Shown piece after piece: positions 28,369-37,873 of a stretch of DNA of 64,000 nucleotides (positions are counted from its first letter, which is position 1; each line of letters starts with the position of its first letter). The position numbers were made by a program, and so were the translations under genes. Origin of the DNA: a virus. Taxonomy: Duplodnaviria > Caudoviricetes. The DNA lies in the IMG/VR virus record IMGVR_UViG_3300046167_000801, one strand, 5' to 3'. The notes under the pieces were generated by a model. It made no database searches. It was not told the origin of the DNA and saw only the letters and a program-made list of their open reading frames with translations.

Positions 28369-28397
28369 TTTAAAAACTAAGTTATTTTATTTATATT
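28369..28397 (+). promoter_or_regulatory. Weak sigma70-like promoter TTTAAA-N17-TATATT
   Basis: Same -10 and spacing as the stronger examples but a degenerate -35; overlaps a TATTTATA at 28388. Confidence 0.35.
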
Positions 28398-28414
28398 AAG
28401 TTATATATATAAAA

Positions 28415-28861
28415 ATGAAACTTAGATTCAAAAACAAACTTTCAAAATACGAAACACTCTATATAAAATGGGAGGGTGTACAATACGATCGTAAAATCCT
28501 AAGGAGATTCGTTAGACGATTCAGGTGGATTAAGTTCCTATCAATATTCAGTACTACATATAAAAAAGAGTTGGAATTTATGATCAATATTGTAGATCAC
28601 TATGGTAGGGTTAAAATATTTAACCTACTAAGTAATGATGAAACAACCTCAAGATTATCTCACATTGAAAGATTATCAAGGAATGGGTCAATAGAAATAC
28701 TAACCTCAGGAACATACAACACAGACACATATAAACAAATAAGTAACCTACCAAAGAGTGATTTTGATTTGGTAACCAAGAGAGTACAGGAACTCATAAA
28801 AATAGGACAATCTGTTTATGTTCAAAATGATGGATTGGGAGAAAACTTACCGGGAGATTGA
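28415..28861 (+). CDS. Hypothetical protein (148 aa)
   Basis: Helical; its IERLSRNGSIEILTSG...ISNLP segment may be distantly related to the family of the ORF starting at 63584 (uncertain). Confidence 0.65.
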   Translation: MKLRFKNKLSKYETLYIKWEGVQYDRKILRRFVRRFRWIKFLSIFSTTYKKELEFMINIVDHYGRVKIFNLLSNDETTSRLSHIERLSRNGSIEILTSGTYNTDTYKQISNLPKSDFDLVTKRVQELIKIGQSVYVQNDGLGENLPGD

Positions 28862-29505
28862 AATCAAAGAATAACACATCAATATGGATAAATCAACCTA
28901 AAAGAATATCTATTGTCGTTCCGACAAGGGATATGGTTCATAGTGGTTTTGCATTCTCATTAACTCAACTAATAAAAACTTCTGAAAATGCGGGAATTGA
29001 AACATTCCTATTCTTTAACTCAGGATCTGTATTATTAAATCAGAGAGAGAAATTAGTTAAATCGTCTATGGAGGTTGAATCCGACTACACGTTATGGTTA
29101 GATAGTGACATGACCTTCCCATCGACCACATTATTAAGACTATTATCACATGATAAAGAGATAGTGGGATGTAACTACAAAAAAAGATCTAACCCACAGA
29201 CACCTGTTGCATATAGAGAAATTGGTAATTGGGATAGTTGGGTTTCTTTAGACGAAAAGAAGGATCTTGTCAAAGTTGAGGGTGTTGGTATGGGTTGTAT
29301 ATTAATAAAGACAGATTTATTCAAAGAAATTAATAAACCTTACTTTGAATTCACTTATAATAAGGAAACCGATGATTGGTTAGGTGAAGATTTTAACTTA
29401 TTTACTAAGTTTAGAAATATTGGTAAAAATATATACATAGATACCAATTTGAGTAGAGAAATAGGTCACTTAGGAATTTACAAATTTGGTTCATCAAACC
29501 AATAG
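28858..29505 (+). CDS. GT-A fold (GT2-like) glycosyltransferase (215 aa, TTG start)
   Basis: ISIVVPTRD, WLDSD (DxD), GVGMGCILI, GEDF and IGHLG motifs. Confidence 0.8.
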   Translation: MKSKNNTSIWINQPKRISIVVPTRDMVHSGFAFSLTQLIKTSENAGIETFLFFNSGSVLLNQREKLVKSSMEVESDYTLWLDSDMTFPSTTLLRLLSHDKEIVGCNYKKRSNPQTPVAYREIGNWDSWVSLDEKKDLVKVEGVGMGCILIKTDLFKEINKPYFEFTYNKETDDWLGEDFNLFTKFRNIGKNIYIDTNLSREIGHLGIYKFGSSNQ

Positions 29506-29511
29506 ATTAGA

Positions 29512-29519
29512 TATTTATA
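29512..29519 (+). promoter_or_regulatory. TATTTATA putative late element
   Basis: 3 nt before ATG 29523, restarting the LamG array after the glycosyltransferase. Confidence 0.55.
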
Positions 29520-29522
29520 GTT

Positions 29523-30197
29523 ATGGGAATATTCAGAGGTGCACACACAAATAGTGTTCAGGCTAATTTAATTTTAGATGCGGCGTCACAAAGATCATAT
29601 CCGGGTAGTGGTACTACTTGGTACGATTTGAGTGGTAATGGTCACAATGTGGATATTATCGGTTCCCCAACTCATGGGGAATTAGGTGGTGCTAAATGTT
29701 TCATATTAGATGCGGTGGGAAAACGATTTAACGCCAATACCGATAATAATAGAACTACAAATGATCTAACATTGGAAGCATGGATATATCCTCAAGACGA
29801 AGTAAGTTCAGGAGATAGAGGTGCAGTAATTCAGGGGTATTGTTATTTAAGTTGGAATAAGTCAAATAGAAGATTAAGTAATTATTGGTATTCGGCAAGT
29901 CCAAGTGGATATCATGAACCAACAACACAAATGGATCGAAACAGGTGGCATCACTTAATGTCGGTATGGGATTCCTCAACGGGAAAACTTTATCAGTACA
30001 TAAATGGTGTTTTAGAAAATACCGTAACAACATCCACAACTACGGGGACATACTATTCTGACCTTAATATTGGTTGGGAGGGTGACAGTAGACAATTTTC
30101 AGGTGGAATATCAGTGATTAAGGTTTATAATAACACTGTAAGTGGTGACCAAGTTTTACAAAACTATAATGCACAAAAATCGAGATTTGGATTATGA
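29523..30197 (+). CDS. Single-domain LamG lectin protein (224 aa)
   Basis: LILDAASQRSYPGSGTTWYDLSGNG; TLEAWIYP; WHHLMSVWD...YING; VLQNYNAQKSRFGL. Confidence 0.88.
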   Translation: MGIFRGAHTNSVQANLILDAASQRSYPGSGTTWYDLSGNGHNVDIIGSPTHGELGGAKCFILDAVGKRFNANTDNNRTTNDLTLEAWIYPQDEVSSGDRGAVIQGYCYLSWNKSNRRLSNYWYSASPSGYHEPTTQMDRNRWHHLMSVWDSSTGKLYQYINGVLENTVTTSTTTGTYYSDLNIGWEGDSRQFSGGISVIKVYNNTVSGDQVLQNYNAQKSRFGL

Positions 30198-30310
30198 AAA
30201 TAATAGAAGAAGGTATAAATAAAGATGGTGTACGGTGTTGGTTTGTCTTGGAAGATGCAAACTTAGTCGGTGTATACGAAACATTAGAAGAGGCAGAACA
30301 GAATTTATAA
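30194..30310 (+). CDS. Small hypothetical protein (38 aa), not in the ORF track
   Basis: MKIIEEGINKDGVRCWFVLEDANLVGVYETLEEAEQNL; ATGA overlap upstream and TAATG overlap downstream. Confidence 0.65.
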   Translation: MKIIEEGINKDGVRCWFVLEDANLVGVYETLEEAEQNL

Positions 30311-31017
30311 TGGGAATACACTTAGGACCAAACATACCTAAAGAAGGTTTAATTTTTTCAGTAGATCCTGCGAGTACAAAATCGTGGGATGGTCTTAATT
30401 ATAGAAATACCGCACATTCAGATGATAGTACGACCATTACAGGAACAATTACACACGTAACCGATGGTGGTGGGACATTTACCTTTGGTGCAAATGGTAG
30501 TTATTTTAATTATGGGACAACAAGTCCCCTACGAAATCTATACGATGTCTCATTAGTTGGTTGGGTTAAACAGGGAAGTACTGGTGCCCCACACCAAACC
30601 GTGATAGGAACTTCAAGTAGTTATTTATACGGTCTTAAATTAATGAGTAGGTATCACGGAGCGGCCGCGGCTTGGATGGGTGATGGTGGTGGTGCATCTC
30701 ATTTACTAAGTTCCAATGTAGATATAACAGGTGATGGAGAATATCATTTATTGGTTTGTACACGAAATGGTGGTACAGGTGACATCAAAATTTATGTTGA
30801 CGGTGTTTTAAAAAATACTGTTGGATTTACAAACACAAATGGAAATTTTAGAGGAGGGGTTAATGATAGTGGTAACACATTACTTGGTGCTGATTATCAC
30901 TCCGCAGGTTATTATCACACGGGTAATATAGGTCAGGTATATGGGTACAATATTACATTGTCTGATGATGAAATTTTACAAATATATAATAACGGTAAAG
31001 AAAGGTACGGATTATGA
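30310..31017 (+). CDS. Single-domain LamG lectin protein (235 aa from ATG 30310)
   Basis: MGIHLGPNIPKEGLIFSVDPAS parallels the other paralogues, so the track start at 30235 is probably too early; YHLLVCTR...IYVDG; YNITLSDDEILQIYN. Confidence 0.85.
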   Translation: MGIHLGPNIPKEGLIFSVDPASTKSWDGLNYRNTAHSDDSTTITGTITHVTDGGGTFTFGANGSYFNYGTTSPLRNLYDVSLVGWVKQGSTGAPHQTVIGTSSSYLYGLKLMSRYHGAAAAWMGDGGGASHLLSSNVDITGDGEYHLLVCTRNGGTGDIKIYVDGVLKNTVGFTNTNGNFRGGVNDSGNTLLGADYHSAGYYHTGNIGQVYGYNITLSDDEILQIYNNGKERYGL

Positions 31018-32516
31018 AAATAGGTGGTGGTCTAAATAATGAAAATTTGGTTTTTGGTTATGATTCCCAAGGTTTCTCCTTTGGTGGTGAACCAACAACT
31101 AATTTAGTACCCTCACCTCAACATAATAGTAATTTCACCATTCAAAATGGTTGGAGTACCTACAACACCAATCAATATAATAGTAATACCTACTTCTCAA
31201 TAGGTACAATTCAATCGGTAGCTAATAATATAGTAATTTTAGGTACGGTTGGACGGACTATCAGAAGTTTTGATGTTCTGAAACCACAAACAAGTGGTGG
31301 TGGGGTAACCGCAGGTACTAATTACGTTATTAAAAAAATAAACAATACTGATTCATTCACTTTACATGAATATAATTCATCTCAAAACGGTTCTCAAGGA
31401 TATATAAACCCTGACACGGGATTTTTTAAAGTTCATGATGCATATGTAAATGACACAAGAATATCAATAAATGCAACTAACTTCCCAACGATGTGGTGGG
31501 GAGGACCACACCTTCCAAATTCGGGATTAATTAAGGAGATAGTACCAAACGAAGGAATAAGACACGGTACTAATGCAATGAGATTACATGCGTATAGACC
31601 CGATGGTGTAGTTGATGGTATGGCTTATGGTGTTAATACACCTGTAACTCAAGGTGATGTGGTCACTGTAAGTGTATGGTTAAAATTAGCGGACGGAAGA
31701 GGTGAAGGTAAATCTTTGGGGTACTCGACGTATTTTGGTTCGGGGTTTTCAGGTAGTTCAACTTCATTTGGACCACTTACAACACAATGGAAGAAATATG
31801 AATTTAGTTGGACGGCATCAAACACCTATTCCTTTATATCATATTGGTGGCCAAACACACCAACCCAACCATACTCAATTGATATGTGTGATTTTATGGT
31901 TGAGATTAATAAAGATGAGGCAACAAAATTCACTCAAGGTACACGATCAAACACTGAATCATTAATTGATATTAAGGGTAACCAAACATTAGACACAACA
32001 AATATTTCTTGGACATCTGATGGTTATCCCGAATTTAATGGTAGTTCTAATTATATTGACATAGATAGTGTTACTTTAGGTAATGGTAGTTGGGCTATAG
32101 AGGTTATTGTAAACGCACATAGTTCCAGTTATTCAATATTATCTAATAATTCGGGAGGTCCCGTTACAAACGCATTTGGGATATATGGTAATAAGATGCA
32201 TTATAGAAATTATGATGGATCATGGAAAAACCACAACAGTAATATTACGGTAAACTATAATGAATATTATCATTTAGTATGGGTGAATAGGGGTTATAAC
32301 TCTTCAATGGACCTTTACATAAACGGTGTTAAAGACAGTACCTCAGGATTTAATAGTTATACAACAAATGGTGGTCCTGTGAATAGTATAGGTAAAAGTT
32401 GGAACGCTTATTTCGATGGTACCATACCTGTATTTAGAAGATACAATAATGAATTGTCAGATAATGAGGTATATCAAAATTATATCTCATTTAAAACACC
32501 ATTTGGTTTAGATTAG
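31014..32516 (+). CDS. LamG lectin protein with large carbohydrate-binding-like insertion (500 aa)
   Basis: ENLVFGYD start; insert with TVSVWLK...TTQWKKYEF (CBM-like); FNGSSNYI; YYHLVWV...LYING; VYQNYISFKTPFGL. Confidence 0.8.
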   Translation: MKIGGGLNNENLVFGYDSQGFSFGGEPTTNLVPSPQHNSNFTIQNGWSTYNTNQYNSNTYFSIGTIQSVANNIVILGTVGRTIRSFDVLKPQTSGGGVTAGTNYVIKKINNTDSFTLHEYNSSQNGSQGYINPDTGFFKVHDAYVNDTRISINATNFPTMWWGGPHLPNSGLIKEIVPNEGIRHGTNAMRLHAYRPDGVVDGMAYGVNTPVTQGDVVTVSVWLKLADGRGEGKSLGYSTYFGSGFSGSSTSFGPLTTQWKKYEFSWTASNTYSFISYWWPNTPTQPYSIDMCDFMVEINKDEATKFTQGTRSNTESLIDIKGNQTLDTTNISWTSDGYPEFNGSSNYIDIDSVTLGNGSWAIEVIVNAHSSSYSILSNNSGGPVTNAFGIYGNKMHYRNYDGSWKNHNSNITVNYNEYYHLVWVNRGYNSSMDLYINGVKDSTSGFNSYTTNGGPVNSIGKSWNAYFDGTIPVFRRYNNELSDNEVYQNYISFKTPFGLD

Positions 32517-32518
32517 AC

Positions 32519-32547
32519 TTGTTTTTTTAGTATATTTTCTTTATATT
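32519..32547 (+). promoter_or_regulatory. sigma70-like promoter TTGTTT-N17-TATATT heading the glycan cluster
   Basis: -35 at 32519-32524, -10 at 32542-32547; ATG 32555 follows after 7 nt. Confidence 0.55.
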
Positions 32548-32554
32548 AATACCT

Positions 32555-33289
32555 ATGGAGAACATAGGTTTCGGAATTATGTGCTTCGGTGATGATAAAT
32601 ACTTCAAAGGAGCAAAGGATATTATAGACAACCTCACTAAGATGGGGTTTCCTTGTTATGTACTTACCGATAATGAAAACCACTTTTTAGAGAAGTATTG
32701 GGGGAGGATAACCATAGTTCCTTATAAGAGAACATACAAATCATATTATGATAAGGTTCTTTTAGTAAAAGAAATTCATAGAGTTCACGACGTATGTATT
32801 TTATTAGATGCCGACTTATACGTCAAAGATTACAATTTATTTGAGAGATTCAGAAATTACAACTTCAAAGACGGTGTTTCATATATAGATACCTTATGGA
32901 ATCATAGTGCAAAATTTAAAACTGTAGGTGATATCCCAATGCAGGGAGATGAATGGTTAGAGTATAAAAATTATGCTAAATCGTTATATCCTAATATAGA
33001 TAACTTAGAAACACTTTGGGAATATTTTATTGTATTCAATAAAAGTGGTTTTAAAACTAATGATTTTTTTAAATCATATGAGAAATTACAAATAGTAAAA
33101 GAATATTGTGATTTAAGGTACAATAAAGATGTTTCGGGTGCTGGTGAAGGGGTATCCGTGTCCATTGCATGTAAATTGAATCAAATACCCATACAAAAAG
33201 ATTTAAAATTGGTTTCATTAACAAGTAATGTATTAAAACCCATCACAAGACATACTCCAAGTAGAGAAATACCTCATCACTTAAAATGA
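32555..33289 (+). CDS. Putative GT-A fold glycosyltransferase (244 aa)
   Basis: YVLTDN, KVLLVKE and ILLDAD (DxD) arrangement typical of GT6/GT8-like enzymes. Confidence 0.6.
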   Translation: MENIGFGIMCFGDDKYFKGAKDIIDNLTKMGFPCYVLTDNENHFLEKYWGRITIVPYKRTYKSYYDKVLLVKEIHRVHDVCILLDADLYVKDYNLFERFRNYNFKDGVSYIDTLWNHSAKFKTVGDIPMQGDEWLEYKNYAKSLYPNIDNLETLWEYFIVFNKSGFKTNDFFKSYEKLQIVKEYCDLRYNKDVSGAGEGVSVSIACKLNQIPIQKDLKLVSLTSNVLKPITRHTPSREIPHHLK

Positions 33290-34011
33290 TAACTAACCAA
33301 AATTACATAGAGTCCAATATAACTACAGATAATGGTGAAAAACTACCTTTTCTGTGGACACATGGTGCAACTAACAGTCATTTGGGTGATGGGATTGTTG
33401 TTTACTCCATGATACAACACATGAGATATAAAAATTGTGTTTGTATTGGAACGGGGGGTGGTTACATTCCGAGAATAATGACACAAGCAAGAATCGATCT
33501 ACATAAACAAGGAATTTTTGAAGGTAACCCCACGTATAGTTGGGGTGATATTGGAACAACATATGTTGTTGATCCTTGTAATGGTGTTGGTGGTGATAGT
33601 AATATATGTGATATGGAAGGTTTTTATCAGAAGACCTTCTTCCCAAGATTCATAAAGGAGACATCAGAAAAAGCGTATTATGATTTTTTTGTTAGAGAAG
33701 ATATCATGATTGATTTACTTTTTATTGATGGTGACCATTCGTACGAAGGTGTGAAGAAAGATTTTGATCTGTACTCAAAAAGGTTAAACCCCAACGGTTT
33801 AATAATGGTGCACGATAGTGATTCTTCATATTCCGAAACTTTAATTATATCTGAAGATTCTAAAAAAGATTTCTTCCCCTTCGATGGTCCTTCCAAGTTA
33901 GTAGAAGAGTTAAAAAATAACGATGAGTGGGTAGTAATGGACTTATTTAATTTCGGAAACATAAAAGATAAACCTTCCTCAACAGGAATAACAATAATTA
34001 AGAGAAAATGA
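33286..34011 (+). CDS. Class I SAM-dependent methyltransferase, Methyltransf_24-like (241 aa)
   Basis: CIGTGGGY motif I and IDLLFIDGDHSYEGVKKDF...LNPNGLIMVHD. Confidence 0.85.
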   Translation: MITNQNYIESNITTDNGEKLPFLWTHGATNSHLGDGIVVYSMIQHMRYKNCVCIGTGGGYIPRIMTQARIDLHKQGIFEGNPTYSWGDIGTTYVVDPCNGVGGDSNICDMEGFYQKTFFPRFIKETSEKAYYDFFVREDIMIDLLFIDGDHSYEGVKKDFDLYSKRLNPNGLIMVHDSDSSYSETLIISEDSKKDFFPFDGPSKLVEELKNNDEWVVMDLFNFGNIKDKPSSTGITIIKRK

Positions 34012-34862
34012 TAAGATTATTATGTGTTTTGGGTCATGGACATGAGTTATTACCCCATTTTATTGAACATTACAGTAAACATGTAGATGAATTACAATTT
34101 GTCATATATGAATCTGAAGCATCATCAAGAATACTAAGTAGGTCAAAACCAATAATTGAAAAATACGATAATTGTAAAATAGTAAAGGTGGTAAGAGATC
34201 GTGTTTTCGATTGGGAAAAAGTAACCATTCTCTATAATATGATTAAATCAAAGAAAAAGAATGATTGGTGGGTTATTGCAGATATAGATGAATTCCACGT
34301 ATATCCTTACAGTAACTTACGTGATATGATTAAAGAATGTGATGAAAATTTATGGTCGGTAGTTAGAGGTGGTTTTATAGATAGGGTCGGACCTAAAGGT
34401 GAGTTCCCTAAATTAGAAAGTTCGACACCCATATTTGAACAATTCCCATACGCAGGTTTTTTTAGGTATCCTATGAGTAATGCATGTCCCAACAAGATAT
34501 GTGTGGTAAAAGGTAATATTGAAATAACTAATGGTCAACATTATGCGAATATAGATGGTCATACCACTTGGAGGTGGCAAGGATGGACACATCCAATGAT
34601 TGCCCCATATAAAGAACATTCCGTACAAGTACACCATTTTAAATGGGATGAAACCTGTAAGAGTCGTATTAAAAAAGTGGTAGATGTTAACGAACCGTAC
34701 GCATATTCTAAAGAATATTTAAAACTTTATGATGAATTGAGAAAAACGAACTTCATAGTTAATCTTAAAAATAAAGACTACCTATTTTTAAAGTCAAGTA
34801 AACCAATCTACAGTTCATATAAACATTGGGATAAATTAATAAGAAAAATAATAAGTATATAA
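34008..34862 (+). CDS. GT2-like glycosyltransferase (284 aa)
   Basis: LLPHFIEHY, WWVIADIDEF and VHHFKW motifs. Confidence 0.75.
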   Translation: MIRLLCVLGHGHELLPHFIEHYSKHVDELQFVIYESEASSRILSRSKPIIEKYDNCKIVKVVRDRVFDWEKVTILYNMIKSKKKNDWWVIADIDEFHVYPYSNLRDMIKECDENLWSVVRGGFIDRVGPKGEFPKLESSTPIFEQFPYAGFFRYPMSNACPNKICVVKGNIEITNGQHYANIDGHTTWRWQGWTHPMIAPYKEHSVQVHHFKWDETCKSRIKKVVDVNEPYAYSKEYLKLYDELRKTNFIVNLKNKDYLFLKSSKPIYSSYKHWDKLIRKIISI

Positions 34863-34864
34863 TC

Positions 34865-35092
34865 ATGGCAAAAAAACAAATAAAAACAAATATATCTTTT
34901 GAAGAAGAAAGATTAATCTTAGAAGAAAGAAAAGTTAAATCGTTAGAAAAAATTGCAAATACTTTGGATGCACTAACAATATGGTTTGAAGAAATAGACA
35001 AATCGGGTTGGGATGAAAGAATCCAATATTATATGCACGAATGGCATAAACACACTATACAAGATAATGACGAAGACGAAGAAGAAGAATAA
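34865..35092 (+). CDS. Small acidic hypothetical protein (75 aa)
   Basis: Helical ORF ending DNDEDEEEE; overlaps the next gene by 26 nt. Confidence 0.6.
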   Translation: MAKKQIKTNISFEEERLILEERKVKSLEKIANTLDALTIWFEEIDKSGWDERIQYYMHEWHKHTIQDNDEDEEEE

Positions 35093-36491
35093 GATAGCGG
35101 TCATAGTCCCATACCGAGATAGGTATAGACAATTATTAAAATTTAAAGAAAAGATTGGTGAGTACTTGAGTGAAAACGGTATTGATTATGTTTTAATAGT
35201 GGTAGAACAGGATGATGCTAAATTATTTAATAGAGGTAAATTATTAAATATAGGATATAAAGAGGCAGTAAAATCAAATTGCAATTATGTGGTTTTTCAT
35301 GACATAGATATGATACCATTGAAAGTCGATTATTCATATTCGGATGTACCAATACACTTAGCCACTGATTTCTTATCTGAAGATAAAACCTTTAAGAGGG
35401 AGTTATATGATCAATATTTTGGGGGTGTTACCATATTTCCAATAGAGTCGTTTGAAATTATCAATGGTTACTCTAATGAATATTGGGGATGGGGTTTTGA
35501 AGATGACGATCTCTTCAAAAGATGTGTTGACAAGGGTATTCCGTATGATTTAAAATATGTAAATACACAAGGAGGTCCAAACTCGGCAATTAAATTTAAT
35601 GGTATGAACGCTTATTCTGAGGGATATGTAGATATCGATACAAGTGAAGATGATTTAACTATTATGGTTACAATCGACCCTGATGGAATTGTGTGTGATA
35701 CTGATCAATCGTACGATAGATATACCGCACTCTCTATTCCTAAATTAGATTTAACCATTAGTTACGATTCTTTTAGAAGATATAAGGTTTTAATGAAAGA
35801 TAATAATGATTGGTGTTATGTTGACAGTAAAATTGAAACCAACAGAAAAACAACTTTAGTTGTAACACTTAGTGTGGAAAGAAAGATCCTAACTATGTAC
35901 CAAGATTCCAAAGAGGTTGGGTCTATGAAATTTTCAAAGACTATACCTAAATGCATCAAAAAAGAGTTGTTTGTCGGATCAACTAATAAAGAAAAAGATT
36001 TATTTAAAGGTATTATATCACAGGTTGCGATTTATAATAAAATATTGAAATCGAAAGAAATAGAAGAAATATCAACCAACGAAAAGTACTCATTAACAAT
36101 GGATTTTGGCAAGTATGGATCTTCTCATGCTTTACGTCACTATTTCGATATGAAGTACATAAGTGAATATAGGGTCATGGATTTAGTCGATAGGGAAAAT
36201 TACTTACAATTAGAAAAATGTGAACTAGTACATTATACTTATGATATTGAACATATAATAAAGGTACCATTTAGGAGAACATCTTATTTTGAGATGTTAC
36301 CTCATGAGACCACCGGATATAAAAACGGTGTGTGGTCAGATATTAATATACGTTATAATCAACTTAGGTTTCATAACGAAATGGAAAAAGGGTTTAGAGA
36401 CCCTAATAAAGACGGTCTTTCTAATTTAGATTTTAAAATATGGAACAGGACCTCAAAAAATAATCAAATACATATAAATGTTGGGATATGA
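35067..36491 (+). CDS. GT7 (beta-1,4-galactosyltransferase-like) glycosyltransferase with inserted LamG domain (474 aa from ATG 35067)
   Basis: IAVIVPYRDR, FNRGKLLNIG, FHDID, YFGGV, NGYSNEYWGWGFEDDDL; a LamG-like insert follows (IKFNG...FKGIISQVAIYNKIL); GT7 tail DGLSNLDF...HINV. Confidence 0.85.
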   Translation: MTKTKKKNKIAVIVPYRDRYRQLLKFKEKIGEYLSENGIDYVLIVVEQDDAKLFNRGKLLNIGYKEAVKSNCNYVVFHDIDMIPLKVDYSYSDVPIHLATDFLSEDKTFKRELYDQYFGGVTIFPIESFEIINGYSNEYWGWGFEDDDLFKRCVDKGIPYDLKYVNTQGGPNSAIKFNGMNAYSEGYVDIDTSEDDLTIMVTIDPDGIVCDTDQSYDRYTALSIPKLDLTISYDSFRRYKVLMKDNNDWCYVDSKIETNRKTTLVVTLSVERKILTMYQDSKEVGSMKFSKTIPKCIKKELFVGSTNKEKDLFKGIISQVAIYNKILKSKEIEEISTNEKYSLTMDFGKYGSSHALRHYFDMKYISEYRVMDLVDRENYLQLEKCELVHYTYDIEHIIKVPFRRTSYFEMLPHETTGYKNGVWSDINIRYNQLRFHNEMEKGFRDPNKDGLSNLDFKIWNRTSKNNQIHINVGI

Positions 36492-37873
36492 GTCATAAAT
36501 TAGGAATATGCATACCATATAGAAACAGGGAATCACACTTGAATGAGTTATTACCTAAATTAGATAAACATCTAAATAAACAGGGTATAGAGTACTGTGT
36601 TTATGTTGGGCATCAAGTAGATGATAAACTATTCAATAGAGGTGCAATGAAGAATATTGCTGCTGTTAAAGCAATGGAAGACGGTTGTGATTATGTTGCA
36701 TTTCATGATGTTGATATGTTACCTCATGATGAGACATGTGACTATTCATATCCCTATGATACTCCGACACATATTGCAACAAAATTATCAAAATACTCAT
36801 GGTCTATGGGTTATGAACAATATTTTGGAGGTGTCGTACTTTTCAATAAAGAACATTTAGTACAAACAAATGGGTATTCTAACAACTATTGGGATTGGGG
36901 ACAAGAGGATGATGATTTATTTTGGAGATGTTTCTATGAAGGACATTCTGATAGAAAAATATATGAAACTATTGAAGATAAAGAAGTACATCTATTTAAT
37001 GGTGAAACATCATCATTAACTTTTAAATCACATAGAGGTTTAACCACACCTTTGTTTAGAGATCACACCATCTCTATATTAGTTTCACCTGAACAACAAC
37101 CTGAAGTTGTACCAATATGGTTAGTGGGTGATGAAGAAAGAAAATTTATAGAATATCCCATACTAAGAAAAGACGGAAGTTGGACTTGGGGGATATCGTT
37201 TAACAATTCAAGAGCATTATCGATACTGAATCACGATAAGATAAACAATCCGTTATATCACTGGTCAAAGGCGGTAGAGAATAAATGGACATGGTTCACC
37301 GTTTCATATAAACACGATGAACAAAAGTTGTACATATTTTCAAATAATAAATTAGTTTCTAATAATGGAGATGTTCTTAAATCTAAACCCATTGATCTAC
37401 CAGATAAAATAAGATCTCACTCATTGATGGGTGATTTTAATATTGGTAGATGTAATCACCAAAATACCAATTTTAAGGGTAAGGTTGCAGAATTAAAAAT
37501 ATACGATAGATTCTTCGACACATTTGAAGAGTGTAAATTAAATAATGAAAATATCATATACGACATGAACAATGATGAAGATAGTATAAAAAATGATGTG
37601 GAATTACAGAAAGAGACTATCGAAATTGATGAAAGTATCTTACCATATAGACGAGAAGGTAAATTTTATTGTTTACCACATTTAGATGAAGGTTTAGTGA
37701 ATGGAAGGTGGGCTAAAGGTGAAACTACCGCAAGAAATGAAAAAAGATTTGTCACTGAAATGCAACAAGGTAAGTTAGATTATAAAACTGATGGTATTAA
37801 TAGTTTAAAATATGAACTAGTTGAAACTATCCAACATACAGAAAAATGTAAAATCTTTAATGTTAAGTTATGA
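36488..37873 (+). CDS. Second GT7-like glycosyltransferase with inserted LamG domain (461 aa)
   Basis: ICIPYRNR, FNRGAMKNIA, FHDVD, YFGGV, NGYSNNYWDWGQEDDDL; insert LFNGE...WTWFTVSY...FKGKVAELKIYD; tail DGINSLKY...FNV. Confidence 0.85.
   Translation: MSHKLGICIPYRNRESHLNELLPKLDKHLNKQGIEYCVYVGHQVDDKLFNRGAMKNIAAVKAMEDGCDYVAFHDVDMLPHDETCDYSYPYDTPTHIATKLSKYSWSMGYEQYFGGVVLFNKEHLVQTNGYSNNYWDWGQEDDDLFWRCFYEGHSDRKIYETIEDKEVHLFNGETSSLTFKSHRGLTTPLFRDHTISILVSPEQQPEVVPIWLVGDEERKFIEYPILRKDGSWTWGISFNNSRALSILNHDKINNPLYHWSKAVENKWTWFTVSYKHDEQKLYIFSNNKLVSNNGDVLKSKPIDLPDKIRSHSLMGDFNIGRCNHQNTNFKGKVAELKIYDRFFDTFEECKLNNENIIYDMNNDEDSIKNDVELQKETIEIDESILPYRREGKFYCLPHLDEGLVNGRWAKGETTARNEKRFVTEMQQGKLDYKTDGINSLKYELVETIQHTEKCKIFNVKL

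Noticed and set aside
30235-30309. Extended N-terminus of the LamG ORF given in the track
   Set aside because: This interval belongs to the coupled 38-aa ORF in another frame; paralogue alignment puts the start at 30310.
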